A stretch of DNA of 64,000 nucleotides from Amoebidium appalachense (taxonomy: Eukaryota; Protista; Ichthyosporea). Below, one piece after another: positions 37,337 through 46,714 of this stretch (its first letter is position 1; the number at the start of each line of letters is the position of its first letter). The position numbers and the translations under genes are program-made. The notes beneath the pieces are model-generated. The model saw only the letters and a list, made by a program, of their open reading frames with translations. It had not been told where the DNA came from and made no database searches. Where the stretch lies: NCBI GenBank assembly GCA_963693365.1, contig CAVNZM010000003.1, positions 13,111,252 to 13,175,251 on the forward strand, read 5' to 3'.

Positions 37337-37692
37337 ATGAACAGGGGTTCAGTGGGGACTGAGGGGGCAGTCCACCCTAACCTGATTCTGCGATTCGTCC
37401 TGAGTGGGGATGTTGGAAGATGGTATCGTTATCCAGTCCGATCGCATGAATCAGATCATGATCGGCTGGTGGCCTGCGAGATCTTAACCGATCTCGTAGC
37501 TCAGTTGGTAGAGCACTCGACCGGAGATAGAGGGGTCGCGGGTTCAAATCCCGTCGGGATCATCTTTTTCTCATCCTCTTCTCGCTGGGGTAAAAGCCAG
37601 CACGCCTTTACTGGCGTCATCACAACCATCGGCAGTGGTTAGGTTGTGATCTCAAGGCTAGCAAGATCGCTAGTCTCTGCACCAGGACAAAA
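37337..37692 (+). mobile_element. 356-bp structured tRNA-containing cassette between 14-bp direct repeats (TRIM- or SINE-like)
   Basis: tccaaaatggtagc at 37323-37336 and 37693-37706; PPT plus TGTTGGAA at 37401-37418; multiple hairpins. Confidence 0.7.
37490..37562 (+). tRNA. tRNA-like gene, 73 nt, anticodon GGA on a short-variable-loop (Phe-like) body; possibly a pseudo-tRNA
   Basis: GATCTCG/CGGGATC acceptor, GCTC/GAGC D stem, CTCGA/TAGAG anticodon stem (one mismatch), loop CCGGAGA, GCGGG-TTCAAAT-CCCGT T arm, A and B boxes, TTTTT at 37565-37569. Confidence 0.8.
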
Positions 37693-38021
37693 TCCAAAAT
37701 GGTAGCGGAGAGGGGGCCGCGCAGGTGGCCGAGGGCGACTTCTTTGGCAATATCCGCCGTGATAGCGGAAGCTGCCTCCGGGGTGGTGGGTAGGTTGGGG
37801 CCCACCCGAGAGGTGGAGGGCCCGCGATAGCCGATGTCGACACCGAATTCGACATCGTGGAGGAGTTGTGCGGCGAATGATTGGTCTGGGTAGGAGGCCA
37901 GCAGTTCCCGGAGGCGGGAGGTGTCAATGCGGTGCTGGGGCAGCGGGCGGGCCTCCGGGTCTGAGCCTCGGGGGAAGGGGTGGTTAGCAAGGGTGGGGCA
38001 CCCTCGGGGAGATCCCGGCAG

Positions 38022-38064
<43 letters not shown>

Positions 38065-38479
38065 GGGGGGGGGGGGGGGGGGGCAGCAGGGCCCCGGGGG
38101 GGTTAGGGTAGGGCAGCTGGGCCCGAGTGAAGGTTGGCAGGGAGGGCAGCGGGGCCCTGTGCAGGGGAATGTGCCCGAGCACGCGGGGGTGTGGGCGGAC
38201 ACAGTGGTAGAAGAAGGGGGGGGGAGGGAGTGCTAGGTGAGTGTAAGGGGGGGGGAGGCTCGTGGGATGGGGGGGGGGAGTAAAATTATGTGCAGTGGCC
38301 ACAATAAACGTCTTTGTGTAGGGACATTTATTCTTGACGCGCGCGGGCGCCGTAGTTTGGCCTGCGAAATTTTGTACTCAGCCCTATGGGCCCGTTCTCC
38401 CGAGCTCCGTTTCCCTGTACTCGTGTGTCCTAGCTCCTAACCCCTATGTTCTAGCTGTGTGTGTGGGTGTGCGCGTAGA

Positions 38480-39649
38480 CTAGGCATTGTGTTTGCAGTC
38501 TTTGCGGGGGTGTGTGCCAGAGCAGAGCGGGCACACGTGGGAGAAGGGGCAGGGCTGCTTAGCGCAGGACCGACCGTTAATGTGGAAATTCCTGCAGTGC
38601 GTCGCGGGTAGATCCACGGGTCGGGCCGGTTTTGCCGGGCCGGGTTGCGGGCCAGGGCGGTTAGGGGTTTGACCCCCGCCGGGCTTGTGGGGCGGCTTAA
38701 AGCCGTCAAGACCACAGCCGGGCTTGGGGTACATGGGGCAGGCCGCGCTGGGGTGGTCAGGGAAGCCACAGCGCTGACATGCGTCCGGGATGAGCAGAGT
38801 GGGTGGCAAGAGGAGATCCTGGTGGAGTTGGGCGAGCAGGTTGGGACACTCGATCGGAGCCCGACCCTGCTGGTGGGCAACGGTTCGGGCGTATACGTCA
38901 TAGTTGTGGATCTGGGCCCACGGGTATCGGGTGCTGAGGCGAGTGATGTGCTGAGTCCAAAGTACGTCTTTGTCCGTGGGGAGGCCGAGGTGGTGCTTGG
39001 CGGCCATGTAATGGGTCCAAGCCTGGATCCAAATGACGAGTGAACGCAGGGGAACGGGTTTGTCTTGGCGAAAAGTCTCGATGCTGCCGTCGTCGGCCAT
39101 GCGCAGATGCTGATTTTTCTTGGATGGGGCCAGGAGGGCGGCGGGGGTGAACTTATACAGGTCGACGAAACGATTGGCGCGCAAATCTGCCAGCACATCC
39201 GCGGGGGGAAGCGGGAGTGTGCCCGGCTGAATGTCGCCAGTGTTCTCACCTGTGATGGGGGGCGCGGGCAGGGCAGGTAGGTCTAGGTCAGGGCCGAGAT
39301 GCAGCCCCGGGGAAACCTCCCCGGGTGCGGAGGGCGCGGCGGGGGGCGCGGGAGGGTCGCGGTTGGTGAGAGCAGCCAGGACGCCAGCCATCTGGGTGCT
39401 GATGGCGGTAAGGGCGGCAAGGACGGCGTCTTGAGAAGTCATCTGCGGGGACGGCGGGGCCTGAGGGGGGACTTCAGGAGGGGAGGGGAGACTAGCCGGC
39501 GGGTCCGGGTCCGAGGTGGTCTGGGCCGCTGGAGGCGCGTCAGTGTCCGCGGGAGCGTTGGTCAGCCTGTGGCGGAGGTCGCTGCGGGTCAGGCGCTTGG
39601 GTGCCGCGGCAGGGGCAGTGGCTGAGGCCTGGCGCTTTTTCGGCGGCAT
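38480..39649 (-). CDS. Gag-like ORF1 of Ngaro copy B
   Basis: MPPKKR start; CQRCGFPDHPSAAC knuckle; CRNFH..C..PCPFSHVCPLCSGTHPRKDC finger. Confidence 0.88.
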   Translation of the reverse strand: MPPKKRQASATAPAAAPKRLTRSDLRHRLTNAPADTDAPPAAQTTSDPDPPASLPSPPEVPPQAPPSPQMTSQDAVLAALTAISTQMAGVLAALTNRDPPAPPAAPSAPGEVSPGLHLGPDLDLPALPAPPITGENTGDIQPGTLPLPPADVLADLRANRFVDLYKFTPAALLAPSKKNQHLRMADDGSIETFRQDKPVPLRSLVIWIQAWTHYMAAKHHLGLPTDKDVLWTQHITRLSTRYPWAQIHNYDVYARTVAHQQGRAPIECPNLLAQLHQDLLLPPTLLIPDACQRCGFPDHPSAACPMYPKPGCGLDGFKPPHKPGGGQTPNRPGPQPGPAKPARPVDLPATHCRNFHINGRSCAKQPCPFSHVCPLCSGTHPRKDCKHNA

Positions 39650-40016
39650 GCTGACCGGCGTACGGAAAGATAGGGAGAGTGAAAAAGAAAATATAACTGT
39701 AAAGCTGTAGGTGCTAAACACAGAAGATGTGTTGTTGCCTGCTGATCTGCTAAAAACTGTCGTGCTTATATACCTACGGCTACCGAACTGAGCCAATCAA
39801 AACCGATCTAGTGTTATGTGAAATCTTATCCTGAGCCAATCAGACTCGGTCTAGTGATCTGTGGAATCTGATGTTTTGATCGGCTAATAGGTGCCCGTAT
39901 GCGGGCAGCCGAACGCGAACTGCTAAAACATGAAACAAAGCCTGTTGATATCGGACACCCATCCTACGTGTTTACCCAGAAAAATATTTATGTCAATAAT
40001 TTCCACAAATAAAACC

Positions 40017-42000
40017 GTAACACATGTACATATACTATGCTACAAGGGGGGTTCTATTCGAGCTACAATGTTGTGTTTTTTTCGTGTGACCCTCGTACTC
40101 CAGGGGCACATTCACGATCCCCCCATAAACTTTGTGGTAAATCTCTCGTGCTAGAGGCTGTTCTGTGGGTAGTTATTGAAAAACCAATAATGTCTAGGTA
40201 ACATATGTACATATACTATGCTACAAGGGGGTTCTATACGAGCTACAACGTTGTGTTTTTTTCGTGTGACCCTTGTACTACAGGGGCACATTCACCATCC
40301 CCCCATAAACTTTGTGGTAAATGTCTCGTGCTAGAAGCTGTTCTCTGGGTAGTTATTGAAAAAACCAATAATGTCTAGGTAACACATGGACATATACTAT
40401 GCTACAAGGGGGGTCTATTCGAGCTACAACATTGTGTTTTTTTCGTGTGACCCTCGTACTCCAGGGGCACATTCTCCATCCCCCCCATAAACTGTGTGGT
40501 AAATTTCTCGTGCTAGAAGCTGTTCTGTGGGTAGTTATTGAAAAAAACCATAAATGTCTAGGTAACATACTATGTACATATACTATGCTACAAGATGGGT
40601 TCTATACAATCTACAACGTTGTGTTTTTGTGTGACCCTCGTACTCCAGGGGAACCTTCACCATCCCCCCCATAAAGTTTGTGGTAAATCTCTCGTGCTAG
40701 AAGCTGTTCTGTGGGTAGTTATTGAAAAACCAATAATGTCTAGGTAACACATGTACATATACTATGCTACAAGGGGGGTTCTATTCGAGCTACAATGTTG
40801 TGCTTTTTTCGTGTGACCCTCGTACTCCAGGGGCACATTCACCATCCCCCCCATAAACTTTGTGGTAAAGGTCTCGTGCTAGAAGCTGTTCTGTGGGTAG
40901 TTATTGAAAAAACCAATAATGCCTAGGTAACACATGTACATATACTATGCTACAATTGCAAGGGGGGTTCTATTCGAGCTACAATGTTGTGTTTTTTTCG
41001 TGTGACCCTCGTACTCCAGGGGCACATTCACCATCCCCCCATAAACGTTGTGGTAAAGGTTTCGTGCTAGAAGCTGTTCTGTGGGTAGTTATTGAAAAAA
41101 CCAATAATGTCTAGGTAACATACTATGTACATATACTATGCTACAAAGGGGGTTCTATACGAGCTACAACGTTGTGTTTTTTTCGTGTGACCCTCGTACT
41201 CCAGGGGCACATTCACCATCCCCCCCATAAACGTTGTGGTAAAGTTCTCGTGCTAGAAGCTGTTCTGTGGGTAGGTATTGAAAAAACGAATAATGTCTAG
41301 GTAACACATGTACATATGCTGTGCTACAAGGGGGGTTCTATACGAGCTACAACGTTGTGTTTTTTTCGTGTGACCCTTGTACTCCAGGGGCACATTCACC
41401 ATCCCCCCCATAAACGTTGTGGTAAATGTCTCGTGCTAGAAGCTGTTCTGTGGGTAGTTATTGAAAAAACCAATAATGTCTAGGTAACACATGGACATAT
41501 ACTATGCTACAAGGGGGGTCTATTCGAGCTACAACATTGTGTTTTTTTCGTGTGACCCTCGTACTCCAGGGCACATTCTCCATCCCCCCCATAAACTTTG
41601 TGGTAAATTTCTCGTGCTAGAAGCTGTTCTGTGGGTAGTTATTGAAAAAACCAATAATGTCTAGGTAACATACTATGTACATATACTATGCTACAAGATG
41701 GGTTCTATACGAGCTACAACGTTGTGTTTTTTTCGTGTGACCCTCGTAATCCAGGGGAACCTTCACCATCCCCCCCATAAAGTTTGTGGTAAATCTCTCG
41801 TGCTAGAAGCTGTTCTGGGGGTAGTTATTGAAAAACCAATAATGTCTAGGTAACACATGTACATATACTATGCTACAAGGGGGTTCTATTCGAGCTACAA
41901 TGTTGTGTTTTTTTCGTGTGACCCTCGTACTCCAGAGGCACATTCACCATCCCCCCCATAAACTTTGTGGTAAATGTCTCGTGCTAGAAGCTGTTCTGTG
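40017..42000. repeat. ~182-bp satellite, right block (~11 units)
   Basis: Resumes in register with the unit interrupted at 33224. Confidence 0.95.
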
Positions 42001-42181
42001 TCTGATGTGTGGATGTCTGTGTATGTTGTGTGTGTGTGCATGTCTGTGTGTGTGTATGTGCTCAGTTGAAAGGGAAGGGGGGGAGAGGGGGGATGCACCG
42101 TGTGTGTGCATGTGTGCACGTGTGTGTGTGTGTGCTCTGTGGAGAGGGAAGGGGAGGGGGGAAATGCACCGCGTGTGTGCA

Positions 42182-42214
<33 letters not shown>

Positions 42215-42379
42215 GTGTATGTGTGTGTGTGTGTTGTGTGTTTGTGTGTGTGTGCATGTCTGTGTGCATCGTGTGTGTTGTGTGTGTGTGTGTGTGGCAT
42301 GTCTGTGCATGTGTGCATGTGCTCGGTGGAGAGGGAAGGGGAAGGGGGGGATTCGTGTCCGTGCATGTGTGCATGTGTG

Positions 42380-42412
<33 letters not shown>

Positions 42413-45400
42413 CACGTGTGTGTGTGTGTGTGTGTGCATGTATGTGTGTGTGTATGTGCTCAGTTGAGAGGGAAGGGGAGGGGGGGGGTGCACCGTGTGT
42501 GTGCATGTGTGCATGTTAATGCAAAGTACACACGGGGGAGTCCGTGGAATTGTTTTCCCGACAGAGGGGGGGGGACGTGATCGGGGAATTTCAGTGTTTT
42601 CTCCAGTCCCGCATGCAACATACCAGCCTTCGCATTCAAAAAACCCAAACACCCTTTCCTTTAGCCAGTAGCTAACTTTCTCACCACCAAACGTAGATGG
42701 GGGTGGGGGGGAGTGCCCACGTTCACCCACACATCCCCACGGGCATTTGCCGGCCCATCAGGGGGGGTCCAAGAGGGGGGGGGGGGGGTCATTCTATAGT
42801 GTGCATGTGTTGTGGAGGGAAAAAACGTGCAAAAACCCTCAGAATGGACGGATTTCGATGCAGTTTTTTTTTGTTTTCCTAATGGGAAGGTATGTTAATG
42901 CAAAGTACACACGGGGGAGTCCGTAGGATTTTTTCCCGACGGAGGGGGGAACGTGATCGGGGGAACTTCAAGACGAAAAATCTAAAATCTCAATATCTGC
43001 CAAAACCCTTCGAATGGACGGGGGGAGGAGGGGGGGGGGGGGGGGGGGGGGGAAGGGGGGGGGGGGGAGGCATCAAACGTGATGGCTCACACACCCCCAC
43101 TGAAATTTGCTGGCCCCATAGGTGGGGTCCATGGGGGGGGGGGGGTCATTGTATAGTGTGCTTTTTTTTTGTGGGGGGGGGGGGGGTTTACACATTGGGT
43201 GGTTATTTCCAAGGCAATGGCAACGTCCCCCCCCCCCCCCCCCCCCTCTCCCCGGCGGGCCCGCCGCGGCGCTGCGGAAGATTACTCTGATCCACTCGAA
43301 TCCTTTTGTCCCAAACACAGCCTGAGGCTTGCAGGATAAGAAAGGCCTGCACCTTGCAAAGCTGGATGCCTATTTTGCATCAGAAGGGAACTTCGACCCC
43401 AGCCCCAGGATTGAAGGACGTGGCAATTGCCTAAAGTTCCTGCCGCTACAGCTGCAGTTGTTCCTAGCGGGCTTAACGCCTGCTGAAGCACGGGGGACTC
43501 CACGGGGGGATCTGCCTCTTCCAGTGAAAAGAAAAATATTCCCATACAACAGCTGCTATATTCGACTGCAAGAAGGTGAGGAGGGAGTGTATCTTAGGGT
43601 GGTGGGGTGTAAGGAGTTTTATGGTCGGCGATCCGCACTGCAGTTTCAGGTATGGTTGGCGTATTTATTCAGGACGTACTGACAGAATAGTAAGTATAGC
43701 TCTAGTATAGCGTGATGATATTCTTAGGAGCTTCCTAAGGTATGCGATATATATCTTTGCGTTTTTTTGCGTTTTTTGTGCATTAACCCTAAACCCTTTT
43801 TTATTTTTTAATGTGTTTATTTAGGGTAAATTCCACGCACCGGCCACTTGCTCCGCGCAGGCATTGCACCGTTTGCCAAGGTATCTCGCCTAATTTATAG
43901 GTACCTTAAATATTATTATAACTAAAACTTCTGTATTTGGCAGTTGAATGCCCCAGTTTTACTTACATTAGACGGATCATGATTGTAATGATAACAGTGC
44001 TTCGGATTCTGTTTTGCACCCCTCCAGTAAATCTTTGTTTCCATTGGCTATCAACGCCTCGCGCGCACCTGCGCGACGCCTTCATGTTTCATGTTTCAAT
44101 AAAAGCGTACCTTGTGACGCCTTCATTGTGAATGCAGTGTGAAATTCGATCCTAAAAAACAACCAATCAAAAACGTTGGAGTGATCTATCCCACAATCAA
44201 ATGCGAAATCCCTTTTCCGGCCGTATATATTGAGCTAACCCGCGCATCATGGATCGTGGTCCTGGGTAATCGGCATTGACCGGGTGGTGAAGACGCCGTG
44301 GCTGAGGATAGCGATACGTGCTTTGCTTTTCTCTCCCAGGGAACACTTAAGGATCATCTAAATCGATCACATTGAAGCCTTAAAGAGGTCCTAAAGTAAT
44401 CCTAACACAATACCTAATTGCAACTCTGAACATCTTTAAGCTACCCCAAATAGGGCGTGAAGATCGCAGAAAGGTATCACCAATACTTGCCTAAGATTGC
44501 GTTAGCATATCACATGCACAGACATGGCCGGCAGCACCTCAGTGATACGGTGTTCCCGCATTCCAGCTGCTGGAATGCAGTTCTTTTTTGCAGGATCACG
44601 TTTGGGGACAGTTTGGGGCCATCCGGCGATCCAATCAAAAGAGGCCAAAAACGTCTTTGGCCAATCACAGAAGTGATTGTTGATTTCGGCCAATGAAAAC
44701 TTTCTAAATCGCAGATCGATGAAAGCACTGGCTTTAAATGCCAATGGAATTCTTGATAGTTTTTGATTCTTTGATAGGCGGAGCACCTTTTGGCGTACGC
44801 ATAAAATGACAAGGTGCCAATGATAAGGTGTTTTCATTGATAGAGTCGCATTCCAAAGACCTCAAACATGCTCAGTGGTGCGCTGTCAGCAAATAGAAAG
44901 ACAGTATGAAGCTCAACGTCACACCTACTTCACCGCTTTCTATGAAAAACTACTCCGGGACGTGTGTTGCCTCTAGGGGGACATCCCCTTGGACGAAAGT
45001 GAACCTGCAATGGTTGTAAACCACGGCAAGCCCCCAGTCATCAATTTATTGATCCGTGAGGTCCATGTGCCCAAAAAAACGGGGGAAGGCTTCGCCCCGT
45101 GAAAAAACAGCACGTATGTGTGGATCAATGGGGGTTGTGTGTGGGTGTAGGTGGGTGGGTGAAAAGGAATATATAGCTGTAAGGCTGTGGATGCTAAACA
45201 CAGAAGATGTGTTTGTAGCTTGCTGATCTGCTAAAAACTGTCGTGCTTATATACCTAAGCCTACCGATCTGAACCAATCAAAAATCGATCTAGTGATATG
45301 TGAAATCTGATCCGAGCCAATCATAACTCGGTCTAGTGATCTGTGGTATCTGATGTTTTGACTGGCTAATAGGTGCCCGTGTGCGGGCAGCCAACCGCTA

Positions 45401-45626
45401 ACTGCTAAAACACGAAATGAAGCCTACATGATTATGTTGGTATCGAACACCCATCCTACGTGTTTACCCAGAAAAATATCTATGTCAATAATTTCCACAA
45501 ATAAAACCTCTATGAAAAACTACTCCGGGACGTGTGTTGCCTCTAGGGGGACATCCCCTTGGACGAAAGTGAACCTGCAATGGTTGTAAACCACGGCACG
45601 AGAGCAGTATGCTTGCTCCAAAGGTT

Positions 45627-46658
45627 TCACTTAAGAATAGAGGCGAATACACGTGTGGTGGTGGCAGCAATGGAGGCCGGACGAAGTCGGGTATAGATCA
45701 GGAAGCAGTCGGAGGACCACCGGCCGAGTTGTTTGATCCGGGAGTCGTCGACCCCGGCCTCAGCCAGTGCTGTGGCCCCCCCGATGCGGAGGCTGTGTCC
45801 GGCAAACCGGGAGGGTGAGAGGCCTGCCCGGGAGAGGAGGGCACGGAAATCGGCAGAGAAAGCACTCTTGGTGTAGGGGATGCCACCGAGACTGAAGAGG
45901 GGGTCGTCGGGTTGACCGGACGTTGTATCCAGGAACTGCCGGAGGAGATGGGCTGGGGAGAAGTGGGTGAGGGGCAGGGCAGCTAGGGTGACGTTGACAC
46001 CTCGGGCCTGTACATCCGTCTTAGAGGTTGGCAGGTGGAGGGTGGCATGGGACAAAGTACCGGTGGGGGTGGAGCTGAAGGTCACGTCCTTCCGTTTAAC
46101 GTGACGGGACGGGTCGAAAGAAGTCAGGGTCTTGGAGGTAAATTCCCCTGAACGGAGGAGACCACAGAAACCGACGATGAGGGCCGTCCATAGCCGGAGA
46201 TTGGCCGAGGAGGCCTTGGTGGGGCACTGGCCGTGGAGTAGGTGGAGGTGGGAGGGGAGGAGGGGTTCCCTGGTGGATGAGCGGGGTCGGATGTTGTGAG
46301 AAAGCTGCCATCGGCCTACCCCCCGTAGGAACCAGGCCAGAGACTTGTCGTGGGGGTAGGGAGCAGGGAGGCCCATGTCGAGGTGGAGCCTGGTGATGGC
46401 CGAATTGTAGCCGGTTAAGGAAGAGGCCTGTACCCCTCGTTGGGCACACCAGGCGAGAAAAAGTTGCACGGTGTGTGGGGAGGCCGGGAGGGAGGACCCG
46501 GAGGAGGATTGCAGCCGAGATGCCACACAGAAATCGATGAACACTTTTTGCATCCGGGAGTAAAAGGCCCGAGAGTCGAGGTTGAGACTCAGGGCCTGGC
46601 ATTCCTGCAGGGTAGTGGTGGCTCGAAGCAGCTCGGCCGGAGCAAAGTGGGGGGCCAA
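45627..46658 (-). CDS. Tyrosine recombinase (Ngaro copy C)
   Basis: 343-aa ORF nearly identical to 33898-34929, same catalytic motifs. Confidence 0.93.
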   Translation of the reverse strand: MAPHFAPAELLRATTTLQECQALSLNLDSRAFYSRMQKVFIDFCVASRLQSSSGSSLPASPHTVQLFLAWCAQRGVQASSLTGYNSAITRLHLDMGLPAPYPHDKSLAWFLRGVGRWQLSHNIRPRSSTREPLLPSHLHLLHGQCPTKASSANLRLWTALIVGFCGLLRSGEFTSKTLTSFDPSRHVKRKDVTFSSTPTGTLSHATLHLPTSKTDVQARGVNVTLAALPLTHFSPAHLLRQFLDTTSGQPDDPLFSLGGIPYTKSAFSADFRALLSRAGLSPSRFAGHSLRIGGATALAEAGVDDSRIKQLGRWSSDCFLIYTRLRPASIAATTTRVFASILK

Positions 46659-46714
46659 TCTGCCAGTGTTGCTCCGGAACGGGAGATCTGGGGGGGGGGG
46701 GGGGGGGGGGGGGG

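Larger units (their letters stand above)
34993..38190 (-). pseudogene. RT/RNase H of Ngaro copy B, split by insertion 36362-37706
   Basis: ADVQAAFRH, LPFGLKSSP, HYVDD, TDAAG, ELLA, CDN, ADAITR; N-terminal part lies at 37707-38190. Confidence 0.9.
33225..40016 (-). mobile_element. Ngaro-type YR retrotransposon copy B, complete, RT interrupted by an insertion
   Basis: A1 (40016-39679), gag, RT/RH, YR, B1 (33869-33781), A2 (33780-33444), spacer, B2 (33313-33225); splits a satellite unit at tctag|gtaac with no TSD. Confidence 0.95.

Noticed and set aside
37382-37454. Hammerhead or HDV ribozyme in the cassette leader
   Set aside because: ctgagtg and ggaa do not match CUGANGA/GAAA; I could not build an HDV fold by eye.
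32268-42000. CRISPR-like array
   Set aside because: Whole monomers repeat with no unique spacers, and no cas genes are present.
43329-43682. 117-aa ORF after a cacag acceptor
   Set aside because: No recognisable motif and no linked exons.
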